From Smithellaceae bacterium (lineage in GTDB: Bacteria; Desulfobacterota; Syntrophia; Syntrophales; Smithellaceae), in contig CAXXVL010000002.1 of assembly GCA_963667845.2 (NCBI GenBank), positions 448,001-512,000 on the forward strand: a stretch of DNA of 64,000 nucleotides, given 5' to 3'. The notes under the pieces were generated by a model. The model was not told the origin of the DNA, searched no databases, and worked only from the letters and a program-made list of their open reading frames with translations. Position 1 is the stretch's first letter. Every line of letters starts with the position of its first letter. Shown here piece after piece: positions 47,541-57,374 of the stretch. Made by a program: the position numbers and the translations under genes.

Positions 47541-49034
47541 ATGTATCAACCCAAATTTGCCGAATTTAAAGCATTCGCCCGGAGGGGCAACCTGATCCCC
47601 GTTTACCGGGAAATCCTCGCGGACATCGAAACGCCGGTTTCCGTCTTAAGAAAGTTACAGAAAAAAGACCATGTCTACCTGCTGGAAAGCGTCGAAGGCG
47701 GCGAAAAATGGGGACGCTATTCGTTTATCGGCACGGATGCGGGCGTGGTGTTCAAAATCCGCGGCCCGAAGGTGATCATTGAAGAGAAAGGACGGGTAAC
47801 TGCAAGGGAGCATAAAGGCGATCCCCTCGGCGCGATGCGGGAACTGCTCGGCCGGTATCAACCTGTCGCCACGCCCGGATTGCCGCGTTTTTTCGGGGGC
47901 GCTGTGGGCTATCTCGGTTATGATATGGTGCGTTACTTCGAAAAACTTCCCGCCGCCCCCTCTGATGATCTGAATCTGGACGAAGCCGTTTTCGTCATCA
48001 GCGACTCTTTGGTGATCTTTGACAACATCCGCCATACGATCAAGGTGGTTGCCTGCGCCTATACGGAAGACGCGGATTCCCCCGAAGAAGCTTACGTGAC
48101 GGCTTGCGGCAAGATTGCCGAGATGATCGCCCTCATCGCCGCGCCGGCCGCATTGCCCGAAACCACCCCGCGAACCAACGGCGTGACGTTTGAATCGAAT
48201 ATGACGCCCGATCAGTATAAGGCCATCGTCGAAAAAGCCAAAGACTACATTGTCGCGGGCGACGTCATTCAAGTCGTTTTGTCTCAGCGTTTTTCCACCC
48301 CCTGCAAAACCGACCCGGTTGATCTTTACCGGGCGCTCCGCTATATCAACCCCTCGCCCTATTTGTTTTTCCTCAAACTCGACGACGTGACCCTGATCGG
48401 GTCCTCGCCGGAAGTCATGGTGCGCCTGGAGCAAAACGACATTGAACTGCGGCCCATCGCCGGCACCCGCAAGCGCGGCCGGACCGAGCAGGAGGACCGG
48501 GCACTGGCGGACGAACTGCTTTCCGATGAAAAGGAGCGGGCCGAACACGTGATGCTTGTCGACCTGGGCCGCAACGATTTGGGGCGGATTGCCGAAACCG
48601 GCACGGTGCAGGTCAATCAATATATGGTCGTGGAAAAATATTCCCATGTCATGCATCTCGTCTCCAATGTGCGCGCGCAGCTCGCACGCGGCAAAGATGC
48701 ATTTGACGTGCTCGCGGCAACCTTTCCCGCCGGGACGCTCTCCGGCGCGCCGAAGGTCCGCGCCATGCAGATCATCGATGAACTGGAACCCGTGCGGCGC
48801 GGCGCCTACGGCGGGGCGGTGGGGTATTTCAGCTTCAGCGGCAACATGGACCTGTGCATCACGATCCGCACCATGATCATCAGGAACAACCGGATTTTCG
48901 TCCAGGCCGGCGCGGGCATTGTCTATGATTCCCAGCCCGAATCCGAACAGCTCGAAACACAGAATAAGGCGAAAGGCATGCAGATGGCCGTAAAACTGGC
49001 CGCGGGCGGTTTTGTTCTCGAAAATGGAAACTAG
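47541..49034 (+). CDS. trpE: Anthranilate synthase component I
   Basis: LLESVEGG, NPSPYLF, EHVMLVDLGRND, TLSGAPK. Confidence 0.96.
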   Translation: MYQPKFAEFKAFARRGNLIPVYREILADIETPVSVLRKLQKKDHVYLLESVEGGEKWGRYSFIGTDAGVVFKIRGPKVIIEEKGRVTAREHKGDPLGAMRELLGRYQPVATPGLPRFFGGAVGYLGYDMVRYFEKLPAAPSDDLNLDEAVFVISDSLVIFDNIRHTIKVVACAYTEDADSPEEAYVTACGKIAEMIALIAAPAALPETTPRTNGVTFESNMTPDQYKAIVEKAKDYIVAGDVIQVVLSQRFSTPCKTDPVDLYRALRYINPSPYLFFLKLDDVTLIGSSPEVMVRLEQNDIELRPIAGTRKRGRTEQEDRALADELLSDEKERAEHVMLVDLGRNDLGRIAETGTVQVNQYMVVEKYSHVMHLVSNVRAQLARGKDAFDVLAATFPAGTLSGAPKVRAMQIIDELEPVRRGAYGGAVGYFSFSGNMDLCITIRTMIIRNNRIFVQAGAGIVYDSQPESEQLETQNKAKGMQMAVKLAAGGFVLENGN

Positions 49035-49043
49035 GAGCAGCTC

Positions 49044-49631
49044 ATGATATTAATGATTGATAATTACGATTCATTCACCTTCAACATCGTCCAATATCTG
49101 GGGCAGATGGGCGAGGACGTCCAGGTCTATCGCAATGATAAAATTACGACCGACGGCATCCGCAAGCTCAAACCGCAGGCGATTTTTTTATCGCCGGGCC
49201 CCTGCTCGCCGCGCGAGGCAGGCGTCACGGTGGACGTGATCCGCGAGTTCCACACCTCCGTGCCGCTCATGGGTATCTGTCTGGGGCACCAGTCGATCGG
49301 CTACGCCTTCGGAGGCGAAGTTGTCCGCGCCGACCGTATCATGCACGGCAAAGTCTCACCCGTCGAGCATGACGGCAAAACGATTTTTGCGGGATTGCCC
49401 AACCCTTTTACGGCCGGTCGTTACCATTCGCTCGTCGTGCGCCCTGAAAGCCTGCCCGAGTGCCTCGAAGTGAGCGCCCGGACCGCCCAGGGCGAAATCA
49501 TGGGGCTCAGGCATAAAGAATATCCGGTCGAAGGCATCCAGTTTCATCCCGAATCGGTGCTGACCCCGCAGGGCAAAAGAATTTTGCGGAATTTTTTAAA
49601 AACTCTTGGACGAAAGGAGCGTTCATCATGA
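49044..49631 (+). CDS. trpG: Anthranilate synthase component II
   Basis: [21 protein letters not shown]. Confidence 0.95.
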   Translation: MILMIDNYDSFTFNIVQYLGQMGEDVQVYRNDKITTDGIRKLKPQAIFLSPGPCSPREAGVTVDVIREFHTSVPLMGICLGHQSIGYAFGGEVVRADRIMHGKVSPVEHDGKTIFAGLPNPFTAGRYHSLVVRPESLPECLEVSARTAQGEIMGLRHKEYPVEGIQFHPESVLTPQGKRILRNFLKTLGRKERSS

Positions 49632-50638
49632 TTAAGGAAGCCATTGACAGGGCGGTGCGAAAAGTCGATCTGCCGGAAGCGGAAATGATGGCGGCGATGG
49701 AAGAAATTATGGGCGGTGAAGCCACGCCTGCCCAGGTCGGCTCGTTCATCACGGCGCTGCGCATGAAAGGTGAAACCGTCGAGGAAGTCACCGGCGCGGC
49801 GCGCATCATGCGGCAGAAAGCGACGCGGGTAAACGCCTGCGCGACGACCGTTGTCGACACCTGCGGCACCGGCGGCGACAAACTCAACACGTTTAACATA
49901 TCCACAACCGCGGCTTTTGTCGTGGCCGCGGCGGGAATCACCGTCGCCAAACACGGCAACCGTGCGGTCTCCAGCGCCTGCGGCAGCGCGGACGTCCTGG
50001 AAGCTCTGGGTATCAATATCAGTGTCGATCAGGAAATCGTCGAAGAGTGCATCCAGCAGATCGGCATCGGCTTCTTGTTTGCCCCGAAACTGCATGGCGC
50101 GATGAAATACGCCATCGGGCCGCGCCGCGAAATCGGCATTCGCACCATCTTCAACATGCTGGGGCCGCTCACCAATCCGGCCGGCGCCACCGCGCAGCTT
50201 CTGGGCGTTTACGATCCGAAGCTCACGGAAATGTTCGCGGATGTACTGAAAAATATGGGTACCAGGCGGGCATTCGTCGTCCACGGTTCGGACGGGCTCG
50301 ATGAAGTGACCGTCACCGGCGAAACGCGCGTGGCGGAATTAAACGACGGCATTATCCGGACATACAATATCCATCCCCGGGATTATGTGGGAAAAACTTA
50401 TCCGCTCGACGCTATCCGCGGCGGAGACCCGGGAGTAAATGCGCAGATTACCCGCGATGTCCTGTCCGGAAAGCCCGGCGCCTGCCGCGACGTTGTCGTG
50501 ATCAACGCGGCCCTGGCGATCGTCGCCTCGGAAAAAGCGCCGGATATCAAGGAAGGCGTCAAAGTCGCCGCCGATTGTATCGACAGCGGCCGGGCAGTGA
50601 AGAAATTGCAGGCATTGATTGAAATGAGCAACACTTAG
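49628..50638 (+). CDS. trpD: Anthranilate phosphoribosyltransferase
   Basis: [28 protein letters not shown]. Confidence 0.96.
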   Translation: MIKEAIDRAVRKVDLPEAEMMAAMEEIMGGEATPAQVGSFITALRMKGETVEEVTGAARIMRQKATRVNACATTVVDTCGTGGDKLNTFNISTTAAFVVAAAGITVAKHGNRAVSSACGSADVLEALGINISVDQEIVEECIQQIGIGFLFAPKLHGAMKYAIGPRREIGIRTIFNMLGPLTNPAGATAQLLGVYDPKLTEMFADVLKNMGTRRAFVVHGSDGLDEVTVTGETRVAELNDGIIRTYNIHPRDYVGKTYPLDAIRGGDPGVNAQITRDVLSGKPGACRDVVVINAALAIVASEKAPDIKEGVKVAADCIDSGRAVKKLQALIEMSNT

Positions 50639-50650
50639 TTCATTATATTC

Positions 50651-50795
50651 TCAATGCGAGCCGATTCTACCCTAATCACCTGAAGGTGACACGAGGGCAC
50701 GCGTTAATCGGCGTGGCAATCCGACAAATTCGTTGCGAGGACACAAGTCCGTGGCAATCTTATGAGATGGCTCGTCGCTTCGCTCCTCGCCATGA
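50651..50795. repeat. Cluster of TGCGAG...GTGGCAATC palindromic repeats carrying a 38-nt module
   Basis: Two TGCGAG..GTGGCAATC units and a returning arm CTCGCCATGA; module 50667-50704 matches 8227-8282 inverted. Confidence 0.75.
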
Positions 50796-50815
50796 TAAAC
50801 GCGATTGGATGACAA

Positions 50816-51595
50816 ATGATTTTAGATCAGATTATCGAGACAAAAAAAGAAGAAGTTAGGAAGCTTAAGCAAGAGACAAATATCTCGCGTCTGCGCGACG
50901 TCATCGCCGGTCTTGCGCCCGGCCGGGATTTCCGGCAGGCCGTGAGCGGCAAAACCTGCGCCGTCATCGCCGAAGTCAAATGCGCCTCCCCGTCTCGCGG
51001 ACGTCTGGTCGAACATTTTGACCCGTTGGCCATAGCGAAGATATACGAACAAAACGGAGCGGCCGCAATTTCCGTGCTCACGGATGAAGCATACTTTTCA
51101 GGTCACAGAGATTATTTAACGAAAATTAAATGTGAGGTGAATATCCCCGTTCTGCGCAAGGATTTCATTATCGATCCGCTTCAGGTCTATGAAACCAGAG
51201 CCATCGGCGCGGATGCGATTTTACTGATCGTCCGTGTGCTGGGTGAAAAGCTTTCCGATTTCATTTCCCTCGCGGGAGAAGTCGGGTTAAGTCCGCTGGT
51301 CGAAGTCCATTCGCAAAATGAGCTGGATGTGGCGCTGAGTGCAGGTGCGGAGATCATCGGGATTAACAACCGCAATCTCGACACATTCGTCACAGACATT
51401 AATGCCAGCCGCGATCTCAAAAAACTGATTCCGTCCGATAAAACCGTCGTGGCGGAAAGTGCCATTAAAGACCGCGCGGACATTGAATATCTGATCGAGG
51501 CGGGCATTCACGCCTTTCTGATCGGTGAAGGGCTCGTCACGGCAAAAGACATCGGTCAAGAAATGCGTTCTTTTATGGGAGAGGTCCGGGAATGA
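50816..51595 (+). CDS. trpC: Indole-3-glycerol phosphate synthase
   Basis: IAEVKCASPS, ISVLTD, LRKDF, GINNRNL. Confidence 0.96.
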   Translation: MILDQIIETKKEEVRKLKQETNISRLRDVIAGLAPGRDFRQAVSGKTCAVIAEVKCASPSRGRLVEHFDPLAIAKIYEQNGAAAISVLTDEAYFSGHRDYLTKIKCEVNIPVLRKDFIIDPLQVYETRAIGADAILLIVRVLGEKLSDFISLAGEVGLSPLVEVHSQNELDVALSAGAEIIGINNRNLDTFVTDINASRDLKKLIPSDKTVVAESAIKDRADIEYLIEAGIHAFLIGEGLVTAKDIGQEMRSFMGEVRE

Positions 51596-52248
51596 TTCAG
51601 GTCAAAATATGCGGTATCACTGAAGGCGAGGACGCTTTGTGCGCAGCGGAAAACGGGGCTGCGGCCGTGGGCTTTATTTTCTATACGCCGTCGTCCCGTT
51701 ATGTTCAGCCCGCCAAGGCCAGGATGATCATTGACCGACTGCCGCGCGAACTGGTAAAAGTCGGCGTCTTCGTCAACGAAACTGCCGCAGAGGTAAAGAG
51801 GATTTATGACTATTGCGGTCTGGATATGATTCAGCTCCACGGAGATGAATCGCCCGAATACTGCCGGCAATTTCCGAAAGACCGCCTCCTTAAGGCTCTG
51901 GATTTGAAGAGCGACGACGATTTGAGAAGAGCCGCAGCCTACGAGGCCGCGGCCATTCTGGTGGACAGTCGCCGCGCCGGTCTCTATGGCGGCACGGGGA
52001 AGACAGCCGATTGGGATTTGGCCCGACGCGTGATGCAACCGCTGATCCTGTCCGGCGGCTTGAATGACAAAAATGTAGCAGATGCACTCCAAAAGGTTCA
52101 TCCGTCCGCAGTGGATGTCAACAGCGGCGTCGAGGGCGAGCCGGGCAGGAAAGATCATACGAAAATCGCAGGTATCATGCGACTCATTAATAAGACGGCT
52201 GCCGCTTTCACAGCATCCGTTATTTTTACGCGAAGGGAAATCATATGA
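51592..52248 (+). CDS. trpF: Phosphoribosylanthranilate isomerase
   Basis: VKICGIT, QLHGDE, GGTG, DVNSGVE. Confidence 0.95.
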   Translation: MIQVKICGITEGEDALCAAENGAAAVGFIFYTPSSRYVQPAKARMIIDRLPRELVKVGVFVNETAAEVKRIYDYCGLDMIQLHGDESPEYCRQFPKDRLLKALDLKSDDDLRRAAAYEAAAILVDSRRAGLYGGTGKTADWDLARRVMQPLILSGGLNDKNVADALQKVHPSAVDVNSGVEGEPGRKDHTKIAGIMRLINKTAAAFTASVIFTRREII

Positions 52249-53426
52249 AGAACTTACCCGATCCAAACGGGCATTTTGATATTTTCGGCGGGCGCTATGC
52301 CGCCGAAACGCTCATGCCCGCGCTTCTGGAACTCGAAGATGCATACGGCAGAGCGGCAAAGGACAAAGCTTTCACCGGGGAATTCGCCTGGTATCAGCGC
52401 GAGTATGCGGGACGGCCCACGCCGCTTTATTTTGCCCGGAGGCTGACGAAAACCCTGGGGGGCGCAAAAATCTATCTCAAACGTGAAGACCTGAACCATA
52501 CCGGCTCGCACAAAATCAACAATACGCTGGGACAGGCGCTGCTGGCCCGCCGGATGAACAAAAAGAAAGTCATCGCCGAAACGGGCGCGGGACAGCATGG
52601 CGTGGCCACCGCTACGGTTGCAGCGCTCTTCGGGATGGAGTGTAAAATCTTTATGGGCGAGGAAGACATCCGCCGTCAGGCGCCCAACGTCTTTCGCATG
52701 AAGATTCTGGGCGCCCAAGTCGTTCCGGTCAAAAGCGGCACTGCCACGCTTAAGGATGCCATGAACGAAGCCATGCGCTACTGGGTGGGAAGCGTCCGCG
52801 ATACCTTTTACATTATCGGCACCACTGCCGGACCTCATCCTTACCCGATGATGGTCCGGAATTTTCAATCTGTGATCGGCCGGGAAATCAAGAAGCAGAT
52901 GGCCAGGATAGAAGGCCGGAATCCCGACGTGCTCATTGCCTGCGTCGGCGGCGGTTCGAATGCGATGGGAACGTTTTATCCCTTCCGCAATGAAAAGAAA
53001 GTCGCCATGTTCGGCGTGGAGGCCGCCGGCCGCGGCATGGATACCACCGAGCATTCGGCCAGTATTAACGGCGGCAGGGTCGGCGTCCTGCATGGCAATA
53101 AGACCTATCTGCTGCAGGATGAACACGGCCAGGTGAGAGACGCTTATTCCATCGCCGCGGGGCTGGATTACCCCGGCGTGGGGCCGGAGCATGCTTACTT
53201 TGCGGCAAACGGTATCGCAAAGTATGTCACGGTGACCGATAAGGAAGCGGTTGAGGCCTTTTTATTTTTATCCCGGCAGGAGGGCATCATACCCGCACTG
53301 GAGAGCGCTCATGCGGTCGCCTACGCCATGAAGATGGCACCGCAGATGAAGAAAAATAAAGTAATTGTAATCTGTCTTTCCGGCCGCGGCGACAAAGACG
53401 CGCAGACAATTATTGAAACGATGTAG
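52245..53426 (+). CDS. trpB: Tryptophan synthase beta chain
   Basis: [36 protein letters not shown]. Confidence 0.97.
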   Translation: MKNLPDPNGHFDIFGGRYAAETLMPALLELEDAYGRAAKDKAFTGEFAWYQREYAGRPTPLYFARRLTKTLGGAKIYLKREDLNHTGSHKINNTLGQALLARRMNKKKVIAETGAGQHGVATATVAALFGMECKIFMGEEDIRRQAPNVFRMKILGAQVVPVKSGTATLKDAMNEAMRYWVGSVRDTFYIIGTTAGPHPYPMMVRNFQSVIGREIKKQMARIEGRNPDVLIACVGGGSNAMGTFYPFRNEKKVAMFGVEAAGRGMDTTEHSASINGGRVGVLHGNKTYLLQDEHGQVRDAYSIAAGLDYPGVGPEHAYFAANGIAKYVTVTDKEAVEAFLFLSRQEGIIPALESAHAVAYAMKMAPQMKKNKVIVICLSGRGDKDAQTIIETM

Positions 53427-53470
53427 GGAACAGCCCCGCCACCTGCAGGGGTGGTCGCGACTTTCCCTAC
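53423..53470. repeat. GTAG-type REP-like palindrome with GCCACC/GGTGG insert, overlapping the trpB stop
   Basis: GTAGGGAA...TTCCCTAC enclosing CCCCGCCACCTGCAGGGGTGG. Confidence 0.7.
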
Positions 53471-53490
53471 CAAGAAGAAATGAGGATGCA

Positions 53491-54285
53491 ATGGGACGAA
53501 TAGGAAAAAAATTTGAAGAGCTGCACGGTAAAAACGAAAAGGCGCTGATCGTCTATTTAACAGCGGGCGATCCGTCGCTGGATACAACCAAAACATTGGC
53601 CCTCGCGCTTGAGCAGGCCGGCGCGGATATTCTGGAAATCGGCGTTCCTTTTTCCGATCCGACCGCCGACGGTCCGGTCATTCAGGCGGCATCCCAGCGC
53701 GCGCTGAAAACGGGAACAACGCTTACGGGCGTCCTCCGGATGGTCGCCGACATTCGCCGGATATCGCAAATTCCCATCGTCCTTTTCGGCTACTTTAATC
53801 CCATCTTCGCCTACGGCGTAGAAAAATTTTCCGCAAGCGCAAGCGAAGCGGGGGTGGACGGCGTGCTGGTGGTCGATCTGCCGCCGGAGGAGGCGCAGGA
53901 GCTGCGGGTTCATACCGACAGGGCCGGGCTAGACTTTATTTCGCTTGTCGCGCCGACGACAGGCCGTGACCGTTTAAAGACGATTCTGACGAGCGCCACG
54001 GGGTTCCTCTATTATATTTCCATCACCGGCGTCACCGGAACGGCCGCGCCGAACATCGGAGACATCGCGCGCGAAGTCGGCATAATCCGTAAACTCACCA
54101 AAATGCCGATTGCGGTCGGCTTCGGCATTTCCAACGCGGCCCAGGCCAGAGAAATCGCGACCGTTGCCGACGGCATCGTCATCGGCAGTGCAGCAGTGAA
54201 ATTGATTGATGAAAATCGCGATAACGATGATCTGTTAAGTGTTGTTTCCGGCTACATGGCCGAAATCAAGAAAGCACTTCGGTAA
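53491..54285 (+). CDS. trpA: Tryptophan synthase alpha chain
   Basis: EIGVPFSDPTADGPVIQ, DLPPEE, GVTG, GFGIS. Confidence 0.97.
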   Translation: MGRIGKKFEELHGKNEKALIVYLTAGDPSLDTTKTLALALEQAGADILEIGVPFSDPTADGPVIQAASQRALKTGTTLTGVLRMVADIRRISQIPIVLFGYFNPIFAYGVEKFSASASEAGVDGVLVVDLPPEEAQELRVHTDRAGLDFISLVAPTTGRDRLKTILTSATGFLYYISITGVTGTAAPNIGDIAREVGIIRKLTKMPIAVGFGISNAAQAREIATVADGIVIGSAAVKLIDENRDNDDLLSVVSGYMAEIKKALR

Positions 54286-54717
54286 GTTACAGCGTCGCCG
54301 GAAGAACTATTCCTCCTTTGCACCTTCCTTACCCGTCTGCTGAAGGCTGTGTGGCGCATCGTTTTAACTGTTTCTGCGCCGGCGGTGCGGCAGGTTGCTG
54401 CGTTGGGGGCCGGATTGGCGGGCTCTGCGGGCTTTCCACCTTCGGCCGCTTTCTGCATTTCTTCAACGTCTTTAATCATACCCGACCCTGAGAAGTCCCG
54501 ATCTTCTTGGAGCCGCTCTTCCCCGATTCATTGCTTCAATCCTTGAGCCTTCGGAACATCAAATCTCGCTCGGGAGGCCATGCAATAATCCCATCGTCCA
54601 TGTCCTAGTCCGCAGATTCGTTTGAGGCCCATTGAAGCCTTTCGTCCTGCTGGCTGCCCGCCCTTTAGCAGGTCACCCGCAGGAACAGATCGGCTTCGTA
54701 TCATGGGAGTGGCCTGC

Positions 54718-55521
54718 TTACGGAGACACCGAGTGCGCCGCTACATCCTCAGTGCCGGGCAGGGTTCCGTCTTTTGCGAGACTTTCCGCCACGCCCTTAT
54801 CTCCGTCGCCGTATGCTACTTTTTTACCGGCAAGACTCTTTGCATCTTCCGCCTTCGGTTCTTCGCCGAGTTTCCACAGGACGTTTTCCACGTCTTTGTC
54901 GCAGACCCTGTCTTTCCCGGAAAATTCTTTATTTGGGTCTTCCATGACCTTATCCATCAATTTCTTTTCTTCGCATTCGTCCATAACGACCTCCTTCGCT
55001 GCGCTCGCCGCCAATATCGTTGTTAAACATCTTTCCAACTTGTTCAGGCTCGACTTCCAGCCTTCTTTCATCCCGCTTTTCTGCAGGGCGTCCATCTGTT
55101 CTTTCCGGGCGGGTTCAGGATAAATAATCGAAAGCAAGGTTCCGCCTCCCGGGGTTTCTTCAAAAAGGACGGTGGCCGTCATGACCTTCGGGAAATCGGC
55201 GTCCTGCCCGTAATCGGCGGGCTCCATCATGTTGCCCTGCTCGTCGGAAAAATAGTCGGTCACGACCATTTTTTTATTGGGCACGATTTCCTTGTAGATT
55301 CCGGCGCTGTACATGTCTTTATCCCATTCGGAGCCCGCCGGCCCATGCATGGCAAAGACATATTTTCCGCCGACCTTTAAATCCACTTTGATACTGGGCG
55401 CGCTGAACCCTTCGGGCCCCCACCAATGCTTGATGATGCGCGGTTCCGTCCAGGCCCGCCAAACAAGCTCGGGAGGTGCATCAAACAATCTCTCTATCGC
55501 AATTCCTTTTTCATTTTTCAT
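54718..55521 (-). CDS. SRPBCC/AHSA1-domain protein with acidic C-terminal extension
   Basis: ERLFDAPPELVWRAWT, WWGPEGF, GWKSSLNKL; internal RBS and ATG at 54984. Confidence 0.82.
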   Translation of the reverse strand: MKNEKGIAIERLFDAPPELVWRAWTEPRIIKHWWGPEGFSAPSIKVDLKVGGKYVFAMHGPAGSEWDKDMYSAGIYKEIVPNKKMVVTDYFSDEQGNMMEPADYGQDADFPKVMTATVLFEETPGGGTLLSIIYPEPARKEQMDALQKSGMKEGWKSSLNKLERCLTTILAASAAKEVVMDECEEKKLMDKVMEDPNKEFSGKDRVCDKDVENVLWKLGEEPKAEDAKSLAGKKVAYGDGDKGVAESLAKDGTLPGTEDVAAHSVSP

Positions 55522-55880
55522 CCTGGCTACCTCTCATGATCAAATGGCTTTTGCGTTTTTTACGGCGCATCGGGATTTGCCTTCTCCGGAATAAAGATGG
55601 ATATGATCGTGATTAAAAACAATGGTGGAAAAAGGTGAGGATACTGGTGGGGTAAAACCATCGGTGGCCCGGACGGAAGAAGCCAAACGGCGGCACTTAG
55701 CTCGCATCTTCCGGAATGCCACGAAATGCGGACTACGCCGGTAGTCCCCGAAAGGCAATTAATGACAGCGATTGATCTGGCAAATTAGATACGGACAGCT
55801 TATCGATTATATTATTGCAATCAGTGAACATTACTCTGAAGTTAATAAGCTAACAGCGTTGTTCTACCCCTTGCCGCGGT

Positions 55881-56084
55881 TTATTCTACGATCACAATCA
55901 GAAATAAGAGGCCCAAACCAAAAGAAATTAACGCAAAGATGGCCAAACATTTATCCACATTGTCTACATCTTCGTTCATTTTCGGCGAAAGCAGTGTTAC
56001 AAATATTCGCTTTTTTCTAAGATTAATTGCAGCTAAAGATAAACCTGCCAAAAGCATGAATATTAACCCTGTAGTATGCATCAT
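55881..56084 (-). CDS. Small hypothetical two-TM membrane protein
   Basis: Two hydrophobic segments; AT-rich region; AAGGTGA upstream. Confidence 0.45.
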   Translation of the reverse strand: MMHTTGLIFMLLAGLSLAAINLRKKRIFVTLLSPKMNEDVDNVDKCLAIFALISFGLGLLFLIVIVE

Positions 56085-56290
56085 AATTCTTCACCTTCCA
56101 ATAAGCTCCAAAAAGTTACCGAATTAGTGAGCCAGTACAACGGTTCTATTTTCATTTAACCCTCAACGAAATAATCGGAACCATCCCCCTTTTATTCATA
56201 ATCTACCTAATCGTAGTCCAGCAAAAAAAGACGCGAGAACTCAGGACCATTGTCATAGAAAAGAAACACCGACCCGCGGATGACCCGTTT

Positions 56291-56611
56291 CTACATGACC
56301 TGAAGCTTGTCTGGGGCAAAGCCGACCACTTTTATCGACGATCCGTTGGGTATGCTGTAATTGAAGATCACGGGCACCTCGAATTCTCCAAACTTTCCCG
56401 TTCCGGATGTCAGAAGCACGCCCTGATCTCCCTCATTGATTTTGCAGTAGCTATCCAGAAACGGCAAAACGATGACCGCGCCGGGCCCTTTGAGCCCCGC
56501 AAAATGTCTGCGCCGAAAAAGCGCGAGTCTCTGCCTTTCAGGTACCACGCGAATGCTGACGGCCAGAAACAGCATGACGACAATAACGAATATTGTTTCA
56601 ACGATATCCAT
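56291..56611 (-). CDS. Small membrane protein with stomatin/SPFH-like N-terminus
   Basis: TM helix then SIRVVPERQRLALFR...KGPG..IVLPFLDS. Confidence 0.6.
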   Translation of the reverse strand: MDIVETIFVIVVMLFLAVSIRVVPERQRLALFRRRHFAGLKGPGAVIVLPFLDSYCKINEGDQGVLLTSGTGKFGEFEVPVIFNYSIPNGSSIKVVGFAPDKLQVM

Positions 56612-56822
56612 TTTTAATCCCTTTCCCGCAGACGGCATGTCGCATTAACTTATCAGCGCCCGGCCGAATCACCGTCTGCCGCTTTCCTATTTATTTCAAT
56701 TTTTTGAGAGCCAGGCCATGTTTTGGTGTTGCGATACGAATATTACAGCTTCTTAAAAACAACGCAAGAAAAAAGAGGAGAAGGTCCAAAGCCCCATTCA
56801 CACTCCGCGTGATTGTGTCCTC

Positions 56823-57332
56823 TCAATCACCGGATCTTTTTACTTTCGCAAAAGCGTTAACAAACCACCGGAAATTTTTTGTTACATGGATAACCAGATA
56901 TGCAAATAAGAGGAATGTAATTTTGTCGTGAACCTCAACAAAGATCTTGCGCGTCGGGTCTAATCCCCCCAGAAGCTTCATAAGCCAGGGTATGTATCCT
57001 GTTACGCCCACTATCATAAAAATGATCGTCAGGGTGATGACAAGTTTATTGCGGGCCAGCAGCTTTTTAGTTATAACCGTCTTGTACCATTCCCAATGCA
57101 GGACAATATGGACAATGATCAAAAGAGAGGCAATGACGATGCTGATTTTATGGCTATTTGACCATCCTGAATAATATATCCCTAAAACCGGATAATTTTC
57201 ATCAATACTTCCACCATGCCCCATGTGATAACCGAACTGCATGATAAACCCCGATAATGCCATGCCCATACCGGACAGGAGCAATCCGAGATTCGTAACC
57301 AGGTTCAATTTCAGACGCCTTTTCTTTTGCAT
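56823..57332 (-). CDS. DUF4405-like membrane protein (His-containing helices)
   Basis: Duplicated unit H...VHIVLHWEW and H...IHV. Confidence 0.7.
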   Translation of the reverse strand: MQKKRRLKLNLVTNLGLLLSGMGMALSGFIMQFGYHMGHGGSIDENYPVLGIYYSGWSNSHKISIVIASLLIIVHIVLHWEWYKTVITKKLLARNKLVITLTIIFMIVGVTGYIPWLMKLLGGLDPTRKIFVEVHDKITFLLFAYLVIHVTKNFRWFVNAFAKVKRSGD

Positions 57333-57374
57333 AATACCTTTCTGTTCAGGATCACGCGGATCTATATATTTTGA

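Noticed and set aside
54252..54479. 75-aa Pro/Ala-rich minus-strand ORF
   Set aside because: No clear RBS or family motif and it overlaps the trpA end; possibly a gene remnant but unsupported.
54608..54638. CRISPR repeat-like sequence ending ATTGAAGC
   Set aside because: Single degenerate unit, no regularly spaced direct repeats and no cas genes.
55630..55760. ZTP or c-di-GMP riboswitch
   Set aside because: Conserved cores not found, and the plus-strand motif faces away from the adjacent gene.
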